Assembly (NCBI GenBank): GCA_039803205.1
Contig: JBDRYB010000021.1
Span: 1 to 33,222 of the forward strand
Origin: a candidate division WOR-3 bacterium
GTDB taxonomy: Bacteria > Hydrothermota > Hydrothermia > JBDRYB01
Length of the DNA stretch: 33,222 nucleotides
Direction: 5' to 3'
Of this stretch, positions 9,403 through 18,877 are shown piece after piece; the stretch's first letter is position 1, and every line of letters begins with the position of its first letter. The translations under genes were made by a program, and so were the position numbers. The notes beneath the pieces are model-generated. The model was not told where the DNA came from. It worked only from the letters and a program-made list of their open reading frames with translations, and did no database searches.

Positions 9403-10917
9403 ATGCTCCTGGCCCTAATCTCCATCTTCGCCAGAGCCTATGGCCAGCTCAGCGATGATTACGCTTATTCGGTCGCGGCCAATGGCTTGGGTTTTGCCCT
9501 CGCTGGGGGAACATGGTCTTGGGGAGGCCAGAATAACATATTCCTGCTCAAGACCGACCCGTATGGGATTGGCGAATGGGCAACCATTTGCGGCGGAGCC
9601 GGAAACGATGAGGCCCTTGCTATTATTTCAACATCCGACGGAGGATATGCGATCGCAGGCCTCACATATACCTATGGCACCGGCGGCGACATGTTCGTCC
9701 TCAAGGTCTCGGGAACTGGCTCACTGAGCTGGGCAAGGGTAATAGGGGGAACCTATGACGATGAGGCCCGTGGGATCGCGGAGCTCTCCGGGGGAGGCTA
9801 TGTTATCACGGGCAGGTCACTTGTTTGGGGGAACGGGTATGATCTGGTCTTTCTAAAGCTGAATTCGGACGGTAGCTACGGCGGCTGGATGAGATACTTC
9901 GGCGCGACCGGTAACGATTACGGCAACGGGATTGCCCCAACCGCGGACGGCGGATTCGTTATAACTGGCGGCACAACCAGCTACGGGCCTCCTGGGGTGG
10001 ACAACGCTCCGGTGCTCCTCTTGAATTCATCCGGACTGAGAGTTTGGTTTGTCGTGGTAAGCAGTTCATCCGGATCTGGATCGGTCATAGGCCACTCAGT
10101 AATTCAGACCTCTGATGGCGGGTTCGTCGTAGCTGGGATAACAAATGCCTTTGGCGCTGGCGGATACGATTTCATTGTTTTCAAGCTCAACTCGTCCGGG
10201 GGCCTGGTTTGGGCTAGGACAATCGGGGGCTCCAATAACGATTACGCTTATTCGGTTGCGGAGACCCAGGATGGCGGTTTGATTATAGGTGGAACCACAG
10301 AGAGCTATGGCCTGGGAAGCAACGAGGCCATGCTGGTAAAGCTGAGCTCCGATGGAGGATTGCTCTGGGCAAGGACATTTGGGGGTTTTGAAGTAGGGGC
10401 AGACGATTACGACTATGGCAGGGCTGTCGCTGAAACCCCAAACGGGGATGTTGTCCTGGTTGGTTCAACCAGCTCATTCGGGCTGAACAGCGGGCTTTAC
10501 GCATTCCTTTTGACGATGACCCAGTATGGTGATTATCCAGCTTGCGTTTCGGAGTGTGAGCCTGTCCTTACGAATATAACCCCGAGCGTTACCTCGATCT
10601 CGGGCTACGGCAATATCACCCTCGCCATCTCATCGCCATCAGTAAGCTACTCGGCCGTGGAGCCCAATCAGGAGGAGCTTTGCCCGCCGGTAGGGAAAGA
10701 GGAAACCTTGAATAATATGGAGACAATAACATGTAGAGGGGTTCCGGGGGGGCTATCCTTCAGAACCACCGAGAGCTTTAGGGTTTCAATATACGCGTCC
10801 GACGGCAGGCTCGTTTATGTTGGTCAGCTAAGCAAGGGCAACAACAGAATAAGCCTTAACCCAGGGGTCTATCTCTGGATAGCTGGTCCACGCAAGGGCG
10901 TTTCCGCTGTCCGTTGA
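9403..10917 (+). CDS. Secreted beta-propeller repeat protein with reduced T9SS-like C-terminal domain
   Basis: About seven repeats of W(AR)T(I)GG..D.AYS..T.DGG(Y/F)..(A)G.T.(S)YG; C-terminus SIYASDGRLV...LNPGVYLW. Confidence 0.8.
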   Translation: MLLALISIFARAYGQLSDDYAYSVAANGLGFALAGGTWSWGGQNNIFLLKTDPYGIGEWATICGGAGNDEALAIISTSDGGYAIAGLTYTYGTGGDMFVLKVSGTGSLSWARVIGGTYDDEARGIAELSGGGYVITGRSLVWGNGYDLVFLKLNSDGSYGGWMRYFGATGNDYGNGIAPTADGGFVITGGTTSYGPPGVDNAPVLLLNSSGLRVWFVVVSSSSGSGSVIGHSVIQTSDGGFVVAGITNAFGAGGYDFIVFKLNSSGGLVWARTIGGSNNDYAYSVAETQDGGLIIGGTTESYGLGSNEAMLVKLSSDGGLLWARTFGGFEVGADDYDYGRAVAETPNGDVVLVGSTSSFGLNSGLYAFLLTMTQYGDYPACVSECEPVLTNITPSVTSISGYGNITLAISSPSVSYSAVEPNQEELCPPVGKEETLNNMETITCRGVPGGLSFRTTESFRVSIYASDGRLVYVGQLSKGNNRISLNPGVYLWIAGPRKGVSAVR

Positions 10918-11090
10918 TCTCAACTTTGACACCAAAACCCTAATCATCGTGGGTGAATCTGGCAATTTTCTCAGGATGTGGAGTGCCAGCTAATTTGGGT
11001 ATAATAACAATTGAACTTGGGCCTTGAAGGATTTGGGGGGATCTCGGCGAGGATTTATCCGAGGCACAAAATATCCGCGCTCCCGAGCCA

Positions 11091-11165
11091 TGGGCGGAGA
11101 CGGAATTGAACCGTCGGCCTCCTGCTTGTAAGGCAGGCGCTCTCACCGGGCTGAGCTATCCGCCC
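11091..11165 (-). tRNA. tRNA-Val (anticodon TAC)
   Basis: GGGCGGATAGCTCAGCCCGGTGAGAGCGCCTGCCTTACAAGCAGGAGGCCGACGGTTCAATTCCGTCTCCGCCCA: acceptor stem GGGCGGA/TCCGCCC, anticodon loop CTTACAA, T-loop TTCAATT; CCA not encoded. Confidence 0.97.
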
Positions 11166-11168
11166 AGA

Positions 11169-11420
11169 TCATTTCCCGCTGGACGAGGCTAGCCTGGATT
11201 TCTTCCTTGCCACGGTATTGGGATGATATATCCCTCGTTTGACGGCCTTATCCAGAGCAGAGTATATGACCCTGAGGAGCTCTGCCCTCCTGGCTTCATC
11301 CTTCTCAGCTCTGAATTCCTTAATCCTGTTCTTTATGTAAGTCTTTACAGCCCTGTGGGCGAGGCGCCGCTTCGCTGATTGCCTCACCCTCTTTTCGGCC
11401 GAAAGATTCCTCCGAGGCAT
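11169..11420 (-). CDS. rpsT: 30S ribosomal protein S20
   Basis: SAEKRVRQSAKRR..HRAVKT..K and LDKAVKRGIYHPNTVARKKSRL; start moved to ATG 11420 behind SD AAGGAG (83 aa). Confidence 0.97.
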   Translation of the reverse strand: MPRRNLSAEKRVRQSAKRRLAHRAVKTYIKNRIKEFRAEKDEARRAELLRVIYSALDKAVKRGIYHPNTVARKKSRLASSSGK

Positions 11421-11441
11421 AAAAAACTCCTTACTGCTCAG

Positions 11442-11471
11442 ATTATCAACCGCGAGCGCGGCCCGGATCAA
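11442..11471 (-). promoter_or_regulatory. Candidate rpsT-tRNA promoter
   Basis: TTGATC-N18-GATAAT. Confidence 0.55.
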
Positions 11472-11487
11472 GCACAAAAGAAGTGTA

Positions 11488-13179
11488 TTATCCGTCGTGC
11501 TCCTGAAATATCTGGAGAGACAGACCCGCAGATCCTTCGCGCTCGCCTGTTCTCATACTCGCAAGGACAACATCTATGAAAGCGGATAGGCTGTCCCCGG
11601 CATCATCCCAGACCGTAAGCCTGAGGTCATAATCTCCAGGTGGAAGTCCCAGGGTGTTCCAGAAACCCAAGGTGTCAGAGTGAACCTCTCCCGCTGAATC
11701 CACAATGAGGTTCCAGGAAGGATTCTCATCCCGCGCCCAATAAAGGCGATAATTTTTGAGCCGGACAGGGTTCTGCGGGCCAGCGCTAATCCACGCGGAA
11801 CCGGTCACTGGCGCAAGGGAGCCTGGCGCCAGGGTATCCAAGGTATCTATGGCTGAAAATATGACTATAGCAGTATCCAAAGCGAAGGGCTGAACCTCAA
11901 ACCTGGAGTTGATGCAGAGCATGTGGGAATGGCTATGTGCTATGTTGAAAACCTGGTAAGGCCAGAGCGGGACCACATAGGTGTTTTCAGGGAGGAGAGT
12001 TGATCTCTGCCAAGAGGCGACAAAAGACCAGACCTGGCCGTCGGCGAACTGGACGAAGGAGTTGCCCTCGGAACCAAGGTGGATCGTAGCGCCATCGCAG
12101 ATTGAACGGGTAGCGTATGTTTCAGAGGAGTCCTTTCCCACCAGCTCGCTGAACATGCACGAGTCCATGTAGAAAACCGTTTTACCCATTGGCTTCCAGT
12201 TCCACCACCATATATAGGTGTTCACGAATCTAAGGTATCTGTCCGTCAGGGGAACCCTGAGGTCGGTGTGCTCTCTGAAATCGTATATCCCATAGACCCT
12301 GTGGGTGTCAGCGCCGGGCAGGCCCACCGCGGATCCCCTTAATTCGGAATTTCTTATTGTGGCAGAACAACTGGGCCACGCCGCTATAGACCACCAGCAC
12401 CTCCAGGAGGTGTCAATTATGACCTTATACCCTATTCCATCCACTCCTGGTGTCGCGTCCGAAAACTCGTAGTGATCCACATACTCAGGCTCCGGAAAAG
12501 CAACATCAACAACCGATCCGCCGGGCAGCTGGAGCCATGGCATGAGGGTATCGCAACGGGTGATGTATATGTAGCAGGAATCCTCAAGCCGTATGTCCCC
12601 AACATGGTAGACATCCTCAAGGATGAGCGTGGCCCGGTTGTAGACCTGGCGAAATGTCCAATCCGGAAATCTCGTCCGCTTAGCTATATAAGTGCTCTTC
12701 TTTTCCAGGTAGACATAGTGCATGGTTCCATTAGCACCCACCTCAGAATCATATGCTTCAAACCTGGAGCTGTCCGTTAGCCAAAGATAATACTGGCCAA
12801 CATAGAACTGGTTGAAGTTGAGGATCGCGCCATCCAGGAGGAAGACCTTGCCTCCACCGGTGCATATCAAGTGGCCTGAGAGGTCCAGGAGCGCGCCGTC
12901 CACGATGAGAACCCCTTTGTCAAGGACCCAGATGAACCCGGACTGCACATAGTCCGTGTCTATCAAAAGGGTCTCGGGGCCGCCGAGGCCTATGAACAAA
13001 GGAGCCTTGTCCTCTGTCGGAAATACGGGCGGCCCCTGGCCAGGATAACCATACTGAGCCGCAAACACAGAAGGTTTGCTGGGCGCTTCTGAGCTGGGCG
13101 CTCTGCGATGACGACCCGCAAGACACAGGGAATCCACCCTTTCTTGGGGAAAGATCAGAAACAAAAAATAAGGAAGCAT
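11488..13179 (-). CDS. Hypothetical secreted protein (beta-helix-like body, Ig-like C-terminal domain, possibly truncated sorting domain)
   Basis: 563-aa ORF with hydrophobic N-terminus and beta-rich composition; WNTLGLPPGDYDLRLTVWD Ig-like strand; own promoter at 13186-13215. Confidence 0.75.
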   Translation of the reverse strand: MLPYFLFLIFPQERVDSLCLAGRHRRAPSSEAPSKPSVFAAQYGYPGQGPPVFPTEDKAPLFIGLGGPETLLIDTDYVQSGFIWVLDKGVLIVDGALLDLSGHLICTGGGKVFLLDGAILNFNQFYVGQYYLWLTDSSRFEAYDSEVGANGTMHYVYLEKKSTYIAKRTRFPDWTFRQVYNRATLILEDVYHVGDIRLEDSCYIYITRCDTLMPWLQLPGGSVVDVAFPEPEYVDHYEFSDATPGVDGIGYKVIIDTSWRCWWSIAAWPSCSATIRNSELRGSAVGLPGADTHRVYGIYDFREHTDLRVPLTDRYLRFVNTYIWWWNWKPMGKTVFYMDSCMFSELVGKDSSETYATRSICDGATIHLGSEGNSFVQFADGQVWSFVASWQRSTLLPENTYVVPLWPYQVFNIAHSHSHMLCINSRFEVQPFALDTAIVIFSAIDTLDTLAPGSLAPVTGSAWISAGPQNPVRLKNYRLYWARDENPSWNLIVDSAGEVHSDTLGFWNTLGLPPGDYDLRLTVWDDAGDSLSAFIDVVLASMRTGEREGSAGLSLQIFQEHDG

Positions 13180-13185
13180 GGTCTA

Positions 13186-13246
13186 ATTATGAAGCGGCCT
13201 TATCTGAGCGGACAAATGGAATTAAGGGCCGCAAGCGGTTTATAAT
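13186..13246. promoter_or_regulatory. Back-to-back divergent promoters, both leaderless
   Basis: Minus: TTGTCC-N18-CATAAT-N6-ATG(13179). Plus: TGGAAT-N18-TATAAT-N6-ATG(13253). Neither has an SD. Confidence 0.65.
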
Positions 13247-13252
13247 CTAAAT

Positions 13253-16200
13253 ATGAGGCAAGTTTTGTTTTTCGCCTTGCCCCTTGGCCTCGCGTTGGCT
13301 GGCGAGCTCGGGCCTGAAGGGATAAAGGCAATGCAGAAAGACATAAAGGTTCAGCGAGAATTCACGCCAATAAACTACTGTCTCAATCCCCTTGATTACG
13401 GTTGGAGGGTCCAAAACCTGAACCCGGATTCGCCTTTGGTGGTCAGGGTTCTCGTTCTCAGGGTTGAGTTCCAGAAGGAGGACCCGGATGATCCGGAGAC
13501 GACTGGGGACGGTAAGTTCATTATGGTGTCTCAGGGCACAGAGGGCGAGCTTACCTATGATCCTCCTCACGATAGGGTCTACTTTGAGCGCATAATGGAG
13601 ATGGCGCAAAAGTATTTTGGAGAGGAGACAATGGGAGGGGTAAGGGTTGAGTATATCGTTAAGCCGGACGCAAAGGACTCGGCTTATCAATTGCCTCACA
13701 AGATGCGCTATTACGGGGATTGGGATTTCTGGGCCCAGGGAATAGTCGTTCTCATAAAGGATGCTATTGAGGCCGCGGACCTTGATCCCAGTGTTGACTT
13801 CAACGACCTGGACGGTGACGGGACGCCTGATTACATGGAGGGGGTTCTGCCTCTGGTGATGCTCTTTCACGCCGGGTCGCCGTATCAGACAGATGTAATG
13901 TATGATACGCCCTTTGACATCCCTGCGCTAACAGCCTTTGCTGGCGCGTTCTATTACTACTTCGGTTCGCCTTACCTTTTGGCGAACAACGGCACGGACA
14001 CAATTTGGTCTTGCACGGTAATGCCGGAGGAGATGACCCAGGATGGCTGGAGGATAAGGCTTCAGGCCACCCTCGTCCACGAGATGACTCACCTCATCTG
14101 GCAGATACCCGATCTCTATGACATCTATTACAAGGGAATAGGGGTTGGCGCCTGGGACATCCAGGGCTCAGCCCCATACCTTGAGGACAAAGAAAGGGGT
14201 ATTCCGCCCGGACTTTATCCGGTTCTCCACTCAGGCTGGAGCAGGTTGGACTGGATGAATTGGTATTTCAAGAACTATGTGTTCGGGAGGGGGTTTATCG
14301 GGGACAGCATATGGCGCGAGATCATCCCGAAATCCCAGGATACCACCATAACGGTCTATCCGGCCTGCGCTAGGACAGGCTCTCTGGACACGGTGGGCCA
14401 TGAGGGAACGCCGAGGTTCGTAAAGGTAAAGCTAAACAAGCGAGAATATTACATGGTTGAGAACCGCTTGCGTGACCTCAACGGCGACGGAACGGTTCTC
14501 CCTCTCTGGAAAGATGGGGTTGTGATAGGGCCTCAGTATGGGGAGTGGGATTTCCTCTTGCCGGGGGAGGGGCTTCTGGTGTGGCATGTTGATCAGGCAA
14601 TAATAGAGTCAACCGATTACTACGAGATGAACGCTGTAAGGCCCATGGGCCTTGACCTTGAAGAGGCGGATCATGTCCAAGACCTTGAATACTGGGGGAG
14701 CTACCCTGAGGACTGGTTTGGTTCCCCACGCGATCCTTATTACCAGGGAAACAACACGGAGCTAGGCCCATACACGACGCCTGATACGAGGGCAAACCGA
14801 GGCGGCCATACCGGCGTATTCATTCACGGGGTATCCGCCCAGGGAAGGCCCATGAGTTTTCAGGTTAGGAATGATCTGGTTGCCTGGAGGAGGGCGGCGG
14901 GCGGGCCTGAAGAAAGGACCCCAATGACGCTTCTGGCAGACCTGGATGGGGATGGCGGACAGGAGGTATTGGTCGCGAGGGTAGGGAGGGTTGATACCGT
15001 GGGCACTTGGGCGAAGTTCATCGCAAACATATACGCTTTCGGGGGTGATGGAACACCTTACTTTGGGAACTCCGACGGGTTCTTCTCGTCTGTTCGAGAT
15101 TCTCTGGACACCCTCTATTATTACCAGGACGACAGGCTCATCCAGTCCGTCCCTGCCGCAGGAGACCTTGATGGCGATGGGATCGCTGAGGTGGTTTTTG
15201 GGACAGCGGGTGGCAAGCTCTACGCGTTCTCGGCCAAGGACGACATTGCTCCCGGAAAGGCGGATCCCTTCCCAGGATTCCCCATAAGCCTCGGAACCCA
15301 GATGAGGGCCAGCCCCTCTGTAGCGGATCTTGACCGTGATGGCAGAGACGAGATCCTGTTTGGCCACGACGGAAATTGGTTTGCTTGCCTGAGGTGGAAC
15401 CCCTCACAGGCCAAAATGGACACCGTATTCCAGCTGAGGCCTGGCGGAGCGATAAGGACAGCCCCTGGCCTCATCGGGGACACGATAGTCCTCGTCTCAG
15501 GGGACAACATGCTTCACCTTTTTGATTCGGCAGGACACGAGCTTTCTGGTTTTCCAAAAGGAGACCCGTCGCCCTTCCCGAATTATGGGTGGCCCGGCAT
15601 CGGAGACATTGACTCAGACGGCGAGACAGAGGTCATCTATTTCTCCAATCAGGGGGACGGCACAGGCTACATTACTTGCATTGACATGAGGGGAAACAAG
15701 AAGTGGGAGCGAGAGGCTGATAAGCCGATAATGACCCCCGTAGCCCTTGGAGACCTTGAGGGGGATGGCCTCTTGGAAGCCGCATGGGTCTCAGGGGGAA
15801 GGCTCTGGTGCGTCAATTCAAATGGCGCTCTTGTTTCAGGTTATCCAATTGCCCTGCCTTACATACAGAGGGATTCTCTCAGAGGATACTCAGCGCCCGT
15901 ATTCGCCGAGGGCAAACTGCTCATCGCCATATCCCGAATGGGGGTATTCGCGTATGATGCCAAGGGAAAACTGGCAACGGGATTTCCCTTTGAGCTCGAG
16001 GGAAACGCCCCACAGGCCCCTGCTCTAGGAAACATCGTCGGTGACAGGGCCCTTGAGATGATAATAGCGGATTCGCTCGGCAATCTCGTTGCATGGCGAA
16101 CCCCTGATACCATAAGGATATGGCCCCAGATCGGGCATGACGAGCGCCACACATCCTGCATGTCGCAGAATCCTTACGGCTTCATTGCATCAGGCAGGAA

Positions 16201-16474
16201 GGCCCTTGACCGGGTTTATTTCTATCCGAACCCAGCGCGCAAAAGGATATGGCTCAGGTTCTATGTGCCTGAGGCGGGCGAGCTGCTCTGCGAGATATTC
16301 ACATTCGGGGGAGAGAGGGTCCTATCAAGGAGATGGCAGGTCTCAGGTGGGGCTATGGAGGAGAGGGAGATAGATGTATCTGGCCTCGGGCCAGATGTCT
16401 ACATGGCGAGGGTCGTTTTCGGTAAGGAAACCAAGATAGTCAAGTTCGCTGTTGAGAGGGGACCTGGTCCATAG
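13253..16474 (+). CDS. M6 (immune inhibitor A-like) metalloprotease with FG-GAP repeats and T9SS type A-like C-terminal domain
   Basis: HAG, HEMTH..IPDLYD, VGAWDIQG, EYYMVENR and GLLVWHVD M6 motifs; DLDGDG repeats; C-terminal VYFYPNP...VYMARV..KIVKFAVER. Confidence 0.88.
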   Translation: MRQVLFFALPLGLALAGELGPEGIKAMQKDIKVQREFTPINYCLNPLDYGWRVQNLNPDSPLVVRVLVLRVEFQKEDPDDPETTGDGKFIMVSQGTEGELTYDPPHDRVYFERIMEMAQKYFGEETMGGVRVEYIVKPDAKDSAYQLPHKMRYYGDWDFWAQGIVVLIKDAIEAADLDPSVDFNDLDGDGTPDYMEGVLPLVMLFHAGSPYQTDVMYDTPFDIPALTAFAGAFYYYFGSPYLLANNGTDTIWSCTVMPEEMTQDGWRIRLQATLVHEMTHLIWQIPDLYDIYYKGIGVGAWDIQGSAPYLEDKERGIPPGLYPVLHSGWSRLDWMNWYFKNYVFGRGFIGDSIWREIIPKSQDTTITVYPACARTGSLDTVGHEGTPRFVKVKLNKREYYMVENRLRDLNGDGTVLPLWKDGVVIGPQYGEWDFLLPGEGLLVWHVDQAIIESTDYYEMNAVRPMGLDLEEADHVQDLEYWGSYPEDWFGSPRDPYYQGNNTELGPYTTPDTRANRGGHTGVFIHGVSAQGRPMSFQVRNDLVAWRRAAGGPEERTPMTLLADLDGDGGQEVLVARVGRVDTVGTWAKFIANIYAFGGDGTPYFGNSDGFFSSVRDSLDTLYYYQDDRLIQSVPAAGDLDGDGIAEVVFGTAGGKLYAFSAKDDIAPGKADPFPGFPISLGTQMRASPSVADLDRDGRDEILFGHDGNWFACLRWNPSQAKMDTVFQLRPGGAIRTAPGLIGDTIVLVSGDNMLHLFDSAGHELSGFPKGDPSPFPNYGWPGIGDIDSDGETEVIYFSNQGDGTGYITCIDMRGNKKWEREADKPIMTPVALGDLEGDGLLEAAWVSGGRLWCVNSNGALVSGYPIALPYIQRDSLRGYSAPVFAEGKLLIAISRMGVFAYDAKGKLATGFPFELEGNAPQAPALGNIVGDRALEMIIADSLGNLVAWRTPDTIRIWPQIGHDERHTSCMSQNPYGFIASGRKALDRVYFYPNPARKRIWLRFYVPEAGELLCEIFTFGGERVLSRRWQVSGGAMEEREIDVSGLGPDVYMARVVFGKETKIVKFAVERGPGP

Positions 16475-16480
16475 GCCGGG

Positions 16481-18763
16481 CTAGTATCCTGGCCCGAACT
16501 GGATGTGGGGCACCCACTTTCCCCCGTCGTTGTCAAACCCATATGCAATGTCCAGGCCTATTATGCCGAGAAGGGGAACCTCAACCCGAACCCCAACTCC
16601 AGCGCCCTTTTTGAGCTCTGTGAAATCAACCATGTTTAGGCGCCACCAGGACTGGCCAGCATCAAAGAAAGCGGCGAGATACATCTGCTCGGATATTCTG
16701 AACCGCTCCTCGAATGTGCCTATGAAATAGTGTCTCCCTCCTATGACATTTCCAGCTGCCTCAACCCCCACAGACCTATATCCATAGCCCCTTAGCCCAT
16801 ACGGTCCGATATCCCCCAGGACATAATATTCGTAGAAAGGCACATCTGTTCCAGTGTTTATGCCGAAGAGCGAGCCCCATTTTAGCATGAGGACTGAAAC
16901 GAGCTTATCCTTACTGTATGCCTTGTAAAACGAGGCGTTTATCCCGTGCTCTGTGTAGCTAACATCCCCTCCGAGGGGTCCGCCAGTTATGCTGAAGGTG
17001 TAGCCAGCGTTGTAGCCCTTGAAGGCATTGAATATCCTGTTCCGGCAGTCGTATGTTATCCCTAATGAGAGCGTTGAGGATAGGAGCCTGTCCCTGTTCT
17101 CCCAGAACTCGTAAAGGGGGAAACCCTGATACGCGGAGGATATGTTGTAGACCCTTATCCATTCCAGCCGGTAAGAAAGAGAAAAGCGCCAGAGGTCTGA
17201 CCATATCCACTGGGAATACATGGCGTTCGCGCCCATTGAGTTCTGGTTATACTGGTAAGGGTAATACCGAGTGAGGCTGTATATGGTTCCGCCAAGCGAG
17301 CGCGGTTTCCCGAAAAGCCAGGGCTCAGTGAAGCCTATGGAGTAGTTCTGGCGACGGGAGCCCCAATCTATCATGGCCGAGACATGCTGGCCCCTTCCCA
17401 TGAAGTTCGGCTCCGTAACAGATGCGTTGAAGAAAAGACCCTCTATGCCCGAATATGATGCGCCAGCGCCTATCTGACCCGTTGGCTTTTCGGATACCTT
17501 GAACACGACATCAACCCATTCCGAGTCCGCGAGGGGCCTGAACTGCAGGTCAACATTCTCAAAATAGTTTAGATAATAGAGATCGCGAATGGATTTCACG
17601 GCCTTGTCCCTGTTGAAATATTCTCCTGGCATGAGGTCAAGCTCACGCCTTATAACATAATCGTATGTCCGAGTGTTCCCAGCTATGTCAATCTTCCTGA
17701 CCTTCACCTTCCAATTCTCGTCTATCTTAAATTTTACATTTATAAAGCTGTCTGACTGGTGTTCTTCTGGGTTGACCATCGCATATATGTATCCGGAATC
17801 AGCATAGACTCCCGCCAGATTCGCAACAGCGAGATCGACCCTAGATTTGTTGTAGGAGCTGTCTGAGTAAGGGGTTCTCCAAAAGAGGTTGTATTTCAGG
17901 CGCTCTAGCCAGCTCCTCCTCTTGGTCAGGCCCGCCACCTTCAAAAGAGTTGAATCAGGGAAAACCGTGTTCCCCTCAAAGCTTACCTCTCCGAACCTGC
18001 ACCTCGGGCCCTCGGTAACATATACCACGAGGCGCATGAGACCCTCTCTCATGTATTCCGTCTTAAAGGAGTCAACCCTTGCCTTCGGATACCCGTGATC
18101 CTTGTAGAACTTTTCAAGATTAGCGAGGTCTTGATACCACTTCTCCTCATCAAACTTCCCCTGCCTGAACATCCTCCTCCACCAGTTTTGCTCCTTGTTC
18201 TGAAAGTGGCCAGCGAGCTGGTGATCCGAGAACGCGCTATTTCCCTCTATTCTTATCCTGCCTATCTTGTATTTCTCTCCCTCGTCAACGATTATCCTTA
18301 CCTTAACCTTCCCGTTCTCATCCGGCTCAAGGACCTGGAGCTCAACCTTTGCTTTGAGATACCCCTTGTCCTGATATATCCTCTCAATTGTGGTCTTTAT
18401 GGCGAATAGCCTGTATTTGGTCGCGCCCTTAGAGAGGTGGACCCTCAAGCTGTCCTCCAACTGCTTGGTCTTTACTTTCCTGACGAACTTGAACTCCCAG
18501 CCGGATATCCGTGGAACCTGATCCAGCTCCAATCTCAGACTTATCTGGCCTTGGCCAATCACCGTTCCGTATATCCTCACATCCTCGTAGAACCCGGAGG
18601 AGAACATTCGGATAACCGCGCTGTCTATGTCATCATATCTGATCTGGTCTCCAACCTTGATCCTGAGCTGACTCATCACCTCGGACTCCGTAAGCCCGTA
18701 TTTGAGCTCAGGAAGGTCTATCCTCGCAACGGTATAGACCTGAGCGAAAATGGCTATTAACAT
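16481..18763 (-). CDS. bamA: Outer membrane protein assembly factor BamA
   Basis: POTRA repeats (GNTRTYDYVIRREL), EPNFMGRG, FTEPWLFG, LRGY, FFDAG, GVGVR..PLLG..LDIAYG; start at ATG 18763 behind SD AAGGAGG. Confidence 0.95.
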   Translation of the reverse strand: MLIAIFAQVYTVARIDLPELKYGLTESEVMSQLRIKVGDQIRYDDIDSAVIRMFSSGFYEDVRIYGTVIGQGQISLRLELDQVPRISGWEFKFVRKVKTKQLEDSLRVHLSKGATKYRLFAIKTTIERIYQDKGYLKAKVELQVLEPDENGKVKVRIIVDEGEKYKIGRIRIEGNSAFSDHQLAGHFQNKEQNWWRRMFRQGKFDEEKWYQDLANLEKFYKDHGYPKARVDSFKTEYMREGLMRLVVYVTEGPRCRFGEVSFEGNTVFPDSTLLKVAGLTKRRSWLERLKYNLFWRTPYSDSSYNKSRVDLAVANLAGVYADSGYIYAMVNPEEHQSDSFINVKFKIDENWKVKVRKIDIAGNTRTYDYVIRRELDLMPGEYFNRDKAVKSIRDLYYLNYFENVDLQFRPLADSEWVDVVFKVSEKPTGQIGAGASYSGIEGLFFNASVTEPNFMGRGQHVSAMIDWGSRRQNYSIGFTEPWLFGKPRSLGGTIYSLTRYYPYQYNQNSMGANAMYSQWIWSDLWRFSLSYRLEWIRVYNISSAYQGFPLYEFWENRDRLLSSTLSLGITYDCRNRIFNAFKGYNAGYTFSITGGPLGGDVSYTEHGINASFYKAYSKDKLVSVLMLKWGSLFGINTGTDVPFYEYYVLGDIGPYGLRGYGYRSVGVEAAGNVIGGRHYFIGTFEERFRISEQMYLAAFFDAGQSWWRLNMVDFTELKKGAGVGVRVEVPLLGIIGLDIAYGFDNDGGKWVPHIQFGPGY

Positions 18764-18787
18764 CAAATTAGCCTCCTTGAGGGACAA

Positions 18788-18841
18788 ATTCTAAAGCTTC
18801 TGGGATGCGAATTGCACTGAGGCCCCTCCGGGGTTTATTAT
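18788..18841. promoter_or_regulatory. Divergent bamA / GT4 promoters sharing one -35 hexamer
   Basis: TTGCAC at 18812-18817; plus strand TTGCAC-N18-TATTAT; minus strand GTGCAA-N18-TAGAAT. Confidence 0.5.
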
Positions 18842-18877
18842 ATTGGATATGAGCGAGAAGGAGAGGAGGGAGAGGGT

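Noticed and set aside
10918..11090. Possible integrative element at the tRNA-Val 3' end, with an orphan TATAAT near 11000
   Set aside because: No integrase and no duplicated tRNA 3' end seen in the window; no matching -35 or downstream ORF for the TATAAT.
18764..18787. TTG 18787 as the BamA start
   Set aside because: It directly abuts the predicted -10 box and would lie upstream of the transcription start; the SD AAGGAGG supports ATG 18763.
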